Positions 1 to 12,420 of a DNA stretch of 64,000 bases are shown here, one piece after another; position 1 is the first letter of the stretch, and every line of letters begins with the position of its first letter. Source of the stretch: Blepharisma stoltei ATCC 30299 (lineage: Eukaryota > Protista > Ciliophora); NCBI GenBank assembly GCA_965603825.1, contig CBFDEM010000052.1:62001-126000 (forward strand), given 5' to 3'. Below the pieces are notes generated by a model that worked only from the letters and a program-made list of their open reading frames with translations, did no database searches and had not been told where the DNA came from. The position numbers were made by a program, and so were the translations under genes.

Positions 1-241
1 GAAAAACATTAGCAACTGCTCTTACAATAAGTCATTGTCTATTTATAAACTACCTAATCGGCTTATCACAAGAGCCATCATCAATTCCTAAGACTATTGC
101 AATTGCAATTATCTGAATAAAAAATACAAAAGAAAAATTGACTATCAAGGTGAATAAAATGTTTAAAACGAGAGATGAATTGCTAAGATTTTCTTTTCCT
201 CTGTGTCTTTTTAGTTCGAACTCTGATTTCTTGTCTTCCAT
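1..241 (-). CDS. 5' part of a multipass membrane protein, possibly a TM-RING E3 ligase type; continues off the window start
   Basis: ATG at 241 followed by a hydrophobic segment. Removing a 15-nt intron (39-53) and reading TGA as W gives CDKPIRQWLIVRAVANVF, which resembles the C-x-x-P-L/I-x-x-W-L motif of TM-RING-type membrane proteins. Confidence 0.7.
39..53 (-). other. 15-nt spliceosomal intron GTAGTTTATAAATAG
   Basis: GT..AG ends, A at position 10, contains the in-frame TAG that ends the track ORF; splicing restores the frame. Confidence 0.85.
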
Positions 242-489
242 ATTTTAAGTTATTTTGATAAATTAAGCACTTGCTCTTATTAAAATTATTAAATATGTTT
301 CATTAATAAAAATCATGATAGAGCTGAATTTATTTTATAAAAGAATAAATATTAAAATGAATCTAATAAAATATGCTAGAATGCTTATACTCATTTATAT
401 AATAAAAAAGCTGTGGAAATAATAAGCTATTTAGAATAGCCTAAATAAGCAGGCCTTGCATAAAGCAAAAAAATTAAGCAAGGGTCATG

Positions 490-900
490 AGAGACCCTTA
501 ACAGCCCATATGAACGTTTTGTGTGATAGAAAGATAAGCAATGCTCACAAATTTGATTTACTATAAAACCACTTTATTTTAATTATTTATTTATGGTTTC
601 TGAACTAGCAATTATGGGTTTTTATGCTACATTAGTCTTTTGAATATCATTTTTATTATTTTTATAGTAAAATCACTTGGCAATTTAGCTTTTTGATATG
701 AGCACATGATGTCGACGGAAAATAATAAATCGTCTATCACATTTCGCTGAGCTGTCTGGTATTCAAAATTCTTGAGATAGAGGAGTGCATTCAATCGACA
801 TAAAATTAACTATTAAAAATTTAAGAATTTTATACAAGAAGTTTAATTAAGGCTCTCGGGCCAATTTCTATATCTCAGATACGTCATAGGATGACAGAAG
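490..900 (-). pseudogene. Decayed copy of the FAB1/PIKfyve upstream region and FYVE-coding 5' end
   Basis: The reverse complement aligns by eye to about 37780-38160 (e.g. ATGTCgATTGAATGCACTCCTCTATCTCAAGAATTTTGAATaCCAGACAGCTCAGC; TTTGTGAGCATTGCTTATCTTT), with deletions and one insertion. Confidence 0.85.
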
Positions 901-989
901 AATAAAATTTCTTAAATGTGCATAAATTATTAATAAATATTCTTATTTGGCGTATGATTTAATTATTAATTTGAAAGTATTTTACAAAA

Positions 990-1530
990 ATGCTGCAGAA
1001 TGGGATTGGTGAAGAAGTTAATGAAACAATATTAATTTTTGATTTTTTACTATTTGCTGGAAAGAGATACTCCTGATATATGCTATTGCTTCTTTTTTGC
1101 TATTATATTTTATGTTTTATTATCAGTAATAGAATGACCAAAACGAAGCATCAAATGAAACTAAGCAGGATTTTCATTTATCTCCAAGCTTTTCCAAGAT
1201 AAAATCTCTTTTATTTAAACTCTTTATTGTGATTAAAAAGGTAAATGCAAATTTCCCTGATATTTCCTCGGTTTCTTCACAATAATCATCATTTGTTATC
1301 CGGAATCATTACATTTATAAAGCCTTAAAATTTTGAATCTTTGGTGCATTCTCAGCATAATGCCCTATGATGACCTAATCTTTAGAAATTCTCATAGAAT
1401 CTGAAAAAAATTCTTTGGCTATCTTTATTATTTATTAGTTGAAGCTGGAGGTCTTGCCCACCAAAAATCTTAAAATTTATATGGAATTTTATATTAATAA
1501 AAATAAAAGCTCAACGAAAATAATTCAGCA
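990..1530 (+). pseudogene. Decayed fragment of the 3' TM-coding region of the receptor gene at 50434-53874
   Basis: Matches about 53135-53760 (GAATGGGaTTGGTGAAGAA..., TTTTATTATCAGTAATAGAA..., CATTTATCTCCAAG) with many indels and stops. Confidence 0.85.
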
Positions 1531-1580
1531 AGAGCATAAGAAAAATTATTGATAGAGGATTTTATGCTAATTCAAAAAAA

Positions 1581-4260
1581 TTAATTATAGTGAAGTTTTC
1601 TCTTCAAAGAATATATCTTGCTATGGCATCTTCCAAGCTGATACACTTTTTGGTGCTTTGAATATAATTTTTCAAGGCTGCTTCTAAATTCCTCGAGAGA
1701 TGAATCCCAACTTTCAGCTCAATTCAAAAAGATCATCTGAGATTCACTAATTCCGACTAAAAATAAGCAGAAAATTTCTGTTTCAAGCTGTGCTCCTCCT
1801 TCATCAGATGACTTTAAAGGCCTTTTTTTCGACTTTCCTGGCACACCTTTTCAGAGCTGAATTCCGTGGGTTGGTGTTTTTTTTGTATATATCATACAAA
1901 CCAGGCTCCATTTTTCTTATGTGATGTGCAAGCTCATGCAAGAAAATTACTTTTTGGGCACAAAGGCTTATTGGCTGAATATTGTTATATTTTGAGTTAA
2001 TAAGGATTTCTCCTCCAAAAATTGTGACACCTGCTAAGTCATCTGGTAATGAAGCGAAATAAACTTGATTATAATAAGGGTTAGTACTATCGAAATTTAG
2101 ATTAATTCTACTAAATCCCTCTGCAACTACATTCGACCGAATCAATTTTCTAAAAGATTTTATTTGAGCTTTGGTTGGCTGAGCTATATCGTCTGAAATT
2201 AATTTTATAATGAACGAGTTTGTTTCAGCCATAAAATTTATAGTTTTTTCAGAGCGTTTCAAGCTAATGCTGAATAAGTTTTTTAATTGTGAAACCAGCC
2301 ATTTTTTGACTTGAGGCTGAAATTTATCTTTTTCAAAAAGAATATTCAGAATATATGATTCTTTGAGCTCTTTTAAAAGATCAATAATCAATGCTATGTG
2401 TGTTTTATTTAGATCAACCTTGTTTTCTTTTTTACCAGAAACTTGACTTTTTTGGCTTGTTGAAGCTTCCAATTCAAGGAACTGATTGGCATCTTCAAGA
2501 TTATTTTCTGTTTTCGTCTCTTCATTTTCTCGCTTTTTCATTTCTTCAAGTTCTTTTTGATATTTTTCAGTTTCTTCTATTAATTTTGCTTTTCTAAATT
2601 CACTATCTCTGAAAATGCTCATAAGAATTTTAGCACAGTAATAAGGGTCATTATAATCAACACTACTTAGACTAAAGTTACCAGCATATTTTTCAAACAA
2701 AAGTTCCACATTAAATAAATCATAATAATTGCTGCTCTGTAGGTAGTTAATTAGAAGTTCAATAAATCTTATAAAATATTCCGGGGCTGTTGTAGCTGAA
2801 TATCCCGCGTGCAATTTCTTGAGACGAAGTAAAAAAAAATTTTTAATTAATTCGTCTGGATTTTCATCTTGATTGCTATTTGCATTTACTGCTATAAATT
2901 TTGAAATCTTTTTCCAAGCTTTAGGTAGAAATTGGAAAATCAATGAAAATATCCTATATCTACCTGTGTATCCTTCTGCATGATTATAGGCATTATCGAA
3001 AAATTTGAAGGCGAACTTCTTTGCTAATTTCTCAAAATCTTCGTAAAAAGCCTTGCTAACGTAAGTCAGCAGCAAAATTTCAAGCATAATTTTTTCAGCA
3101 TTCAAAATTTCTTCATACCAGCTATCCATTTCTCACACTTTTGAGAAGTACTTTTTTAAGAAATTCACTTCACATGAGTTGCTTTCTATTTGATATGTAG
3201 CTAAATCGCCAAGACTTTGCCTTCATAATTTTGGTGAATCAAACAACTTGTGAAGATCAGATTCTCTGACAATAAACTCTATGTTTTTTCGTTTTTTATT
3301 TTTCATATACCAACTGAGTTGATGCATAATCTCTTTAATATAATATGATACAGCTTTTTTATTATTAATCATTTCTTTAGCCTTTTCCCTATAAAAATTT
3401 ACACAAAATGACACTCAGGATTTACTCTTACCAAAAAATGCATATTTATCAAGGTCTAAATAGAAATGACTAACTAATTGCGTTTGCTTTTGGAGGATAA
3501 GCTGAAGAAGTTTCTCCGACTTTCTTTTTTTGAGTTTTTTTAATTCTTCCTTAAGTTTATCTTCTTCCTTACTTTTATCTTCTTCATTGAGCTTTGTAAT
3601 TATATTAAGATACCGATTTAAAGCAGGAAAGAAGCAACTTCATGTTTCTTTTGTAAAAATAAGCTTTAGAACTTTTTTCCAAGAGCCTAAATCAAAGTCA
3701 AAATTAAGATTTTTGGCAAGCGTGAAATTTAAAAATTGTAAAAACCTCCTTAGCAGCAAGTCGATATATTTTTCTGAGTTATCTTCAGTAATAAATCTGA
3801 AGAAGTTTGTTTGAAAAAATGATGTGATTATTGTAAATATTTCTTGGTTAAAAAAATTATTGTCTATTTTTGCAGCGAAACAAGAGAGTGTGAGAATCTT
3901 TATTACTGCATCTATGCAGCACTCACCTCTAATTTCTATTAATTTTATAATCGAGCCAACAAGATCTGGCAAAAACACTTCTAGTGACTTCAAAAAATCT
4001 TCTTTAATCATGTTATGGTAATTTAGCATTGATCCCAGACAATAAAGATCAGATTGGCATTGCAAGTTTTGAGCTTGGGATGGTTTCAAAAGCAGAGAAT
4101 TTACAATTTGATCTATTTGGGAAAATTCTAGCTCACTTAATGTTTGCTCGTTCCAGACTTCTGACGACTCTGGATCGCTTTTTGGCAATCGTGAAATCAA
4201 ATTTCTTATCATTTGATAAAGATCAGATTCTAATATACCTGGATTTTCATTCGTTTGCAT
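1581..4260 (-). CDS. HEXXH zincin-like metallopeptidase-domain protein, tandem copy 1 (~892 aa; +1 frameshift near the C-terminus)
   Basis: Track ORFs 3640-4260, 3223-3414 and 1804-3129 share one frame and are separated only by [11 protein letters not shown] motif. T8 at 1877-1884 versus T7 in copies 2 and 3 shifts the last ~100 codons. The homologous TAA is at 1581-1583. Confidence 0.8.
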
Positions 4261-4464
4261 GGTTCTTCTAGCAAATAATAATGGGAAATTAATATTATTA
4301 ACCCTGATTCTATCTAAATATTAGTAAAAATAGTAAAAAGGTTTTCTAAGACCTTTAAGTAATTATTCTATAGCAGCAAATCAATATTTTTTGAATAATT
4401 AGGCCTATATGAGCTCAGATTTTTCTAATGTTTTGTGTGCGCTCGGAGGGAGGAAGCAGTTTTT

Positions 4465-4720
4465 ATACAATAAGCATTTGTTATCTTGAAATCATTACAT
4501 TTATAAAGCCTTATAACACTTGTTTAGCCTACAGTGCTTTCTCAGCATAATCGCCCTATGATGGCCTGATCTTTTAGAATTCTCATAGAATCTGAAAATT
4601 TCTTTAACTATCTTTATTATTTGTTGATTGAAGCTGGAGGTCTTTCTAGCCAAAGATCTTGAAATCTATATTGTCATTTTATATTAATAAAGATAAAAGC
4701 TCAATGAAAATAATTCAGTA
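4465..4720 (+). pseudogene. Shorter receptor-gene fragment carried in the tandem unit
   Basis: ATCATTACATTTATAAAGCCTTATAAC...ATCGCCCTATG matches about 53455-53530. Confidence 0.7.
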
Positions 4721-4758
4721 AGAGCATAAGAAAAATTATTGATACTAATTCAAAAAAA

Positions 4759-7407
4759 TTAATTATGGTGAAGTTTTCTCTTCAAAGAATATATCTTGCT
4801 ATGGCATCTTCCAAGCTGATATACTTTTTGGTGCTTTGAATATAATTGTTCAAGGCTGCTTCTAAATTCCTCGAGAGGTAATTTCCAACTGCCAGCTCTA
4901 TTCAAAAAGCTAATCTGAGATTCACTGATTCCAATTAAGAATAAGCAGAAAATTTCTGTTTCAAGCTGTGCTCCTCCTTCGTTAGTAAACTTTAAAGTCT
5001 TTTTTTTCTCCTTTCCTGGCACACCTTTTCAGAGCTGCATTCCGTGGGTTGGCGTTTTTTTGTATACATCATAAAAGCCTGGCTCCATTTTTCTTACGTG
5101 ATGTGCAAGCTCATGCAAGAATATTACTTTTTGCGCACAAAGGCTTATAGGCTGAATATTGTTATATTTTGAGTTAATAAGGATTTCTCCTCCAAAAATT
5201 GTGACACCTGCTAAATCATCTGGTAATGAAGCAAAATAAACTTGACTATAATAAGGCTTCGTACTATCGAGATTTAGATTAATTTTTCTAAATCCCTCTG
5301 CAACTACATTTGACTGAATCAACATTTTAAAAGTATCTAATTGACCTTGGCTCGGCTGAGTTATATCGTCTGAAATTAATTTTATAATGAACGAGTTTGT
5401 TTCAGCCATAAAATTTACAGTTTTTTCAGAGAGTTTCAAGCTAAGGTTAAATAAGTTCTTTAATTGTGAAACCAGCCATTTTTTGACTTGAGGCTGAAAT
5501 TTATCTTTTTCAATAAGAATATTCAGAATATATGATTCTTTGAGCTGCTTTAAAAGATCAATGATCAATGTCCTGTTTGGTTTGATTAGATCTACTTCAC
5601 CAAAAGGATGACTAATTTGGCTTGTTGAAGCTTGCAATTCATGCAACTGATTGGTATCTTCAAAATTATTTTCTGTCTTTGTCTCTTCATTTTTTCGCTT
5701 TTTCATTTCTTCAAATTCTTTTTGATATTTTTCAGCTTCTATTAACTTTGCTTTTCTGAATTCAGTATTTCAGAAAATGTTCATAAGAATTTTAGCACAG
5801 TAATAATGATCATTATAATCAACATTACTTAGACTAAAGCTACGAGCATGTATTTCAAACAAAAATTCCATCTCAAATAAATCATAATAATTGCTGCTCT
5901 GCAGATAGTTAATTAGAAGCTCAATAAATCTTATGAAATATTCTGGAGCTGTTGTAGCTGAATATTCCGTGTGCAACTCCTCGAGAGTATCTAAAAAACC
6001 AATTCTATAAGATTTCTCTCCTTTTTTTCCTTGATTATTATTTGCATTTACTGCTATAAATTTGGAAATCTTTTCTCAGGCTTTAGGTAGAAATTGGAAA
6101 ATCAATGAAAATATCCTCTCTCTATTTACGTATCCTTTAACATGATTATATGCATTCTCGATAAATTTGAGGGCGAAATTCATTGCTAATTCCTCAAACT
6201 CTTCATAAAAACTCTGGCTGACATAAGTTAACAGCAAAATTTCTAGCATAATTTTTTCAGCATCTAAAATATTATTATATCATCTATCCATTTCTCACAC
6301 TTTTGAAAAGTACATTTTTAAGAACTTTTGATCACATGAGTTACTTTCTATTTGATATGTAGCTAAATAACCAAGACTTTCTCTTCATAATTTTGGTGAG
6401 TCAAACAATTTGAAAAGCTCAGATTCTCTGACGATAAACTCTATGTTTTTTCGTTTTTTATTTTCCATGTATCATTGGAGTAACCTTATTATTTCTTCAA
6501 TATATAATGATACATCGTTTTCATTATTAATCATTTCTGTAGCCTTTTCCCTGTAAAAATTTACACAAAATGAGACTCAGTATTTACTCTTTCCAAAAAA
6601 TGCATATTTATCAGATTTTACGGAGTGACTGCTTTCTAATTGCTTTTCTTTTTGAAGAATAAGCTGGAGAAGCTCCTCTGACTGTCTTTTTTTGAGTTTT
6701 TGTAATTTTTCCTTACTTTTTTCATCTTCTTCATCGAGCTTTATAGTTATATTAAAATACCGATTTAAAATAGGAAAGATGCAGTTTCATGTTTCTTCTG
6801 TAGAAATAAGTTCTAGCACTTTTTTCCAAGATTCTAAATCAAAGTCAAAATTGAGATTTTTGACAAGCATGAAATTCAAAAATTGTAAAAACCTTCTTAG
6901 CAGCAAGTCCATGTATAATTCTGAGTTACCTTCAATAATAAATCTGAAGAAGTTTGTTTGGAAAAATGATGTGATTGCTGTAAACATTTCTTGGTTAAAA
7001 AAATTATTGTCTATTTTTGCAGTGAAACAAGAGAGTGTGAGAATCTTTATTACTGCATCTATGCAGCACTCACCTCTAATTTCTATTAATTTTATAATCG
7101 AGCCAACAAGATCTGGCAAAAACACTCCTAGTGACTTCAAAAAATCTTCTTTAATCATGCTATGGTAATTTAGCATTGATCCCAGACAATAAAGATCAGA
7201 TTGGCTTTGCAAGTTTTGAGCTTGGGAGGGTTGCAGAAGCAAAGATTTTACAATTTGATCTATTTGGGAAAGTTCTGGCTCACTTAATGTTTGCTCGTTC
7301 CAGACTTCTGACGACTCTGGATCGCTTTCTGACAATCGTGTAATCAAATTTCTTATCATTTGATAAAGATCAGAATCTGATATGCCTGGATTTTCATTCG
7401 CTTGCAT
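4759..7407 (-). CDS. HEXXH zincin-like metallopeptidase-domain protein, tandem copy 2 (882 aa, intact)
   Basis: Single frame with no TAA/TAG from ATG 7407 to TAA 4759 when TGA=W. Motifs [25 protein letters not shown]...[11 protein letters not shown]. Confidence 0.9.
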
Positions 7408-7589
7408 GGTTCTTCTAGCAAATAATAATGGATAATTAATATTTATTAACCCTGATTCTATCTAATATTGGTACAAATAGTAGCCAGGTGTAATGTAATG
7501 ATTTTAACAGAAAAAAATTAATAATTAATTTTTCCTAAGAGCCTGATAATTTCATAATTTTAAATATTGCAAGGAATTCAAATATACTT

Positions 7590-7790
7590 GTTTAACCTAC
7601 AGTGCATTCTCAGAATAATCGCCCTATGATGGCCTAATCTTTTAGAAATTCTCATAGAATCTGAAAATTTCTTTGACTATCTTTATTATTTGTTGATTGA
7701 AGCTGGAGGTCTTGTTAGCCAAAGATCTTGAAATCTATATTGTCATTTATATTAATAAAGATCAAAGCTCAATGAAAATAATTCAGTAAG
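7590..7790 (+). pseudogene. Receptor-gene fragment carried in the tandem unit
   Basis: Near-identical to 4520-4720 and homologous to about 53505-53760. Confidence 0.65.
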
Positions 7791-7838
7791 AGCATAAGAA
7801 AAATTATTGACAGAGGATTTTATACTAATTCAAAAAAA

Positions 7839-10505
7839 TTAATTATGGTGAAGTTTTCTCTTCAAAGAATATATCTTGCTATGACATCTTCCAAGCTGAT
7901 ATACTTTTTGGTGCTTTGAATATAATTTTTCAAGGCTACTTCTAAAAATATTGAGAGATAATTTCCAACTTTCAATTCGATTCAAAAAGTTCATCTGAGA
8001 TTCACTGATTCCAACTAAGAATAAGCAGAAAATTTCTGTTTCAAGCTGTGCTCCTCCTTCGTTAGTAAACTTTAAAGTCTTTTTTTTCTCCTTTCCTGGC
8101 ACACCTTTTCAGAGCTGCATTCCGTGGGTTGGCGTTTTTTTGTATACATCATAAAAGCCTGGTTCCATTTTTCTTATGTGATGTGCAAGCTCATGCAAGA
8201 ATATTACTTTTTGCGCGCAAAGGCTTATTGGCTGAATATTGTTATATTTTGAGTTAATAAGGATTTCTCCTCCAAAAATTGTGACACCTGCTAAATCATC
8301 TGGTAATGAGGCAAAATAAACTTGATTATAATAAGGCTTCGTACTATCGAAATTTAGATTAATTCTACTAAATCCCTCTGCAACTACATTTGACTGAATC
8401 AAATGTTTAAAAGTATCTATTTGATCTTCGTTCGGCTGAGTTATATCGTCTGAAATTAATTTTATTATGAAGGAGTTTGTTTCAGCAATAAAATTTACAG
8501 TTTTTTCAGAGCGTTCCAAGCTTAGGCTAAATAAGTTCTTTAACTGTGAAAGCAGCCATTTTTTGACTTGAGGCTCAAATTTATTTTTTTCAAAAAGAAT
8601 ATTCAGAATATATGATTTTCTGAGCTCTTTTAAAAGATCGATGATCAATGTCCTGTTTGTTTTAATTAGCTCGACCTTGCTTTCTTTTTCACCAAAAGAT
8701 TGGCTAAATTGACTTGTTGAAGCTTGTAATTCATGCAACTGATTGATATCTTCAAAATTATTTTCTTTCTTTGTCTCTTCATTTTTTCGCTTTTCCATTT
8801 CTTCATATATTTTTTGATATTTTTCAGCTTCTTCTAACTTTGCTTCTCTAAATTCAGTATCTCAGAAAATCTTCATAAGAATTTTAGCGCAGTAATACGG
8901 ATCATTATAATCAACATTACTTAGACGAAAGCTATGAGCATATATTTCAAACAAAAATTCCATCTCAAATAAATCGTAATAATTGCTGCTCTGCAGATAT
9001 TTAATTAGAAGCTCAATAAATCTTATGAAATATTCTGGAGCTCTTGTAGCTGAATATTCCGTATGCAACTCCTCGAGAGTTTCTAAAAACCATGCTTTAT
9101 AAGATTTCTCTCCTTTTATTCCTTGATTATTATTTGCATTTGCTGCTATAAAATTGGAAATCTCTTTCCAAGCTTTAGGTAGAAATTGGAAAATCAATGA
9201 AAATATCCTCTCTCTGTTTATGTATCCTTTAACACGATTATAGGCATTCTCGAAAATTTTGAGGGCGAAATTCATTGCTAATTCCTCAAACTCTTCATAA
9301 AAACTCTGGCTGACATAAGTTAGCAGCAAAAGTTCTAGCATAATTTTTTCAGCATGTAAAATATTATTATGTCAGCTATCCATTTCTCAAACTTTTGAAA
9401 AGTAGTTTTTTAAGAACTTTTGGTCACATGAGTTACTTTCTATTTGATATCTAGCTAAATAACTAAGACTTTCTCTTCATAATTTTGGTGAGTCAAACAA
9501 TTTGAAAAGCTCAGATTCTCTGACGATAAACTCTATGTTTTTTCGTTTTTTATTTTCCATGTATCATTGGAGTAGATTTATAATTTCTGCAATATAATAT
9601 GATACATCGTTTTCATTATTGATCATTTCTGTAGCCTTTTCCCTGTAAAAATTTACACAAAATGACATACAGTATTTACTCTTTCCAAAAAATGCATATT
9701 TATCAGATTTTATGTAGAGACTGCTTTCTAATTGCTTTTCTTTTTGAAGAATAAGCTGGAGAAGCTCCTTGGACTTTCTTTTTTTGAGTTTTTTGAGTAT
9801 TTTTAATTTTTCCTCACTTTTATCTTCTTCATCGAGCTTTATAGTTATATTAAAATACCGATTTAAAGCAGGAAAGATGTAGTTTCATGTTTCTTCTGCC
9901 GAAATAAGTTCTAGCACTTTTTTCCAAAAGTCTAATTCAAAGTCAAAATTGAGATTTTTGACAAGCATGAAATTCAAAAATTGCAAAAACCTCCTTAGCA
10001 GCAAGTCCATATATAATCCTGAGTTATCTTCAGTAATAAATCTGAAGAAGTTTGTTTGGAAAAACGATGTGATTGCTGTAAACATTTCTTGGTTAAAACA
10101 ATTATTGTCTATTTTAGCAGCGAAGCAAAAGAGTGTGAGAATCTTTATTACTGCATCTATTCAGCATTCACCTCTAATTTCTATTAATTTTATTATTGAG
10201 CCAACAAGATCTGACAAAGAGGCTTCTAGTGACTTCAAAAAATCTTCTTTAATCATGCTATGGTAATTTAGCATTGATCCCAGACAATAAAGATCAGATT
10301 GGCTTTGCAAGTTTTGAGCTTGGGAGGGTTGCAGAAGCAAAGATTTTACAATTTGATCTATTTGGGAAAGTTCTGGCTCACTTAATGTTTGCTCGTTCCA
10401 GACTTCTGACGACTCTGGATCGCTTTCTGACAATCGTGTAATCAAATTTCTTATCATTTGATAAAGATCAGACTCTGATATACCTGGATTTTCATTCGTT
10501 TGCAT
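7839..10505 (-). CDS. HEXXH zincin-like metallopeptidase-domain protein, tandem copy 3 (888 aa, intact)
   Basis: Five track ORFs in one frame joined by TGA=W. ATG (MQTNEN) at 10505, TAA at 7839. Same motifs as copy 2. Confidence 0.9.
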
Positions 10506-11060
10506 GGTTCTTCTAGCAAATAATAATGGAAAATTAATATTATTAACCCTGATTCTATCTAATATTAATAAAAATAACAAGGTCTGATGTAATGATTTTA
10601 ACAGAAAAAATTAATTTTTGCTAAGAGCATTCATATGGTGATAATTTCATTATTATAAATGGCAGACTTATATTTAAAAGAGCACAGTGAATAGATTCCT
10701 CGTAAGACAATTTTAAGGTAGAGTCAAAACTCTCTCATAAATCGGGTATTAGTAATTTATCACCAATAATAGAATAGTATCCTTTACTCTGTTTATAGAC
10801 TACTGCTTGATAATGCATATATATAGCAACCCAATCAATATTCTTGAATCAGCTCAATTCAAACATTGCATAATCATAAGATTCATTAGGTTTAGCCTAA
10901 CTATCAATCTAGGCCAGTAGCACCAAGGTATGGGTTAATTTTTTTGCTAATTGAAAGCTTTATTAAATTAAAATAAATAACTCCATTCAAATAAATATTA
11001 GATTTTAGAGAGTTGCTATTTATTAAATAATTATTTACTTGCTGAGTCAGATAATCTTAA

Positions 11061-12005
11061 ATGGTGAAATCTATTTAGTCAGGAAGCTTCGATACAAGAC
11101 ATGAAGGTGCTATAAACGATGCCCAGTTCGACTATTACGGAAGACAGCTCGCAACATGCTCTCAAGACGGACACATAAAGATATTCCTCACAAAAGAAGA
11201 TGACCAAATGCAACAAGTCGCAAACCTCCAACATCACCAAGGCTCAGTCCTGGCTCTTTCATGGTCACATCCTAAATTTGGCTCTCTATTAGCTTCCTGT
11301 GGAGTGGACCGAAAGGTGCTCGTTTGGAAAGAAATGTCCTCAAATTCCTGAAATGTCGTATACGAATATGATAATCACGAAGGACCTATAAATTGTATAG
11401 CTTGGGGACCCTGGGAATATGACTTGACTCTTCTTGCCGGTTCTTTAGATGGCTCTGTTTCTGTAATCAGCAGGACTTCTGAAGACAGATGGGAAGCCAT
11501 GAAGTTTACCGCTCATGAAGGCGGTGTTTATGCAGTCTCCTGGGCTCCAGCTACCTCTTTAAGCTTGCTTGAAAGTGAAGAATCTTATTTAGTAAAGCGT
11601 TTTGTGTCAGGAGGAGCTGATAATCTAGTAAAAGTTTGGACATGGGCTGATGAACATTATGACTGTACGCCATTAGATTTGCATACAAGGTGTGTCAGAG
11701 ATGTCGCATGGTGCCCAAGTTTAGGGATGGCGAGGGATATGTTTGCCAGTTGTAGCGAAGATGCGACCGTTGCGATATGGACAAATTCGAGTGACAGCGG
11801 GAAATGGAAATCCAAGTGTGTGCTGAAGCTGAAATACCCGATTTGGAGGGTTAGTTGGTCGGTTGCTGGAAATGTGCTGGCGGTCAGTGCATATGATAAT
11901 ATTACGAGACTGTTAAAAGAAGCTCCTGATGAGACTTGGGAAGTTGTATCGACTATTAATGAGAACGGACAACAGTCAAATGAAGATCATATTCAATTAG
12001 GATAA
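11061..12005 (+). CDS. SEC13: Protein transport protein SEC13 (WD40), one intron
   Basis: After splicing 11064-11078: MSGSFDTRHEGAINDAQFDYYGRQLATCSQD..WSHPKFGSLLASC..KRFVSGGADNLVKVW..WRVSWSVAGNVLAVS. TGA at 11349-11351 occupies a Trp position. Confidence 0.95.
11064..11078 (+). other. 15-nt intron GTGAAATCTATTTAG directly after the ATG
   Basis: GT..AG ends, A at position 10, in-frame TAG; splicing joins the ATG to the conserved Sec13 N-terminus. Confidence 0.9.
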
Positions 12006-12038
12006 TAAATAATATTTCTGTTTTAAAAAATTAAAAAG

Positions 12039-12111
12039 TACAAGCGGCGGGGATTGAACCCGCGACCTTCTGCGTGTAAGGCAGATGTGATAACCACTAC
12101 ACTACACTTGC
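12039..12111 (-). tRNA. tRNA-Val(TAC)
   Basis: 73-nt cloverleaf GCAAGTG..TAGTGGTTA..TCTGC-CT-TAC-AC-GCAGA..GGTTCAATC..CGCTTGTA, followed by a T-run terminator. Confidence 0.97.
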
Positions 12112-12420
12112 TCTTGGGCTATTAAATGAAAAGCTCTATAAATAGTAAAGATTTATTCCTTTAACAGATAATAAATGTTTACATTTTAAAATAACAATTG
12201 ATAATATAAAAATTTATTTTGTATAGGGATTATAATTTTGACTGAAAAGGCAGTGATATAGCTTAATTAATAAGAAAATTAAATTAGAACAGTCAAATCT
12301 TTATTTTCGGTATTTGTTTATATAAACTGATTATTTAGGTTTCCTAGCTAAAACACTTCTGAATATTATATTATTTATAAAATCTGCCTATTTATATGAA
12401 TTTTTTACATATTTAAATTT

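Noticed and set aside
479-552. Two hairpins (AAGGGTC/GACCCTT and TTGTG/CACAA) suggesting a small RNA
   Set aside because: Most of the segment is explained as the reverse complement of decayed PIKfyve coding sequence (38075-38160); no snRNA or snoRNA boxes.
1581-10660. Autonomous transposon or CRISPR-like array behind the repeats
   Set aside because: No transposase, RT or Rep/helicase motifs, no TIRs, and no short regularly spaced repeats; the units are whole-gene duplications.
11349-11351. In-frame TGA as selenocysteine
   Set aside because: It falls at Trp positions in non-redox proteins and is far too frequent across the window.
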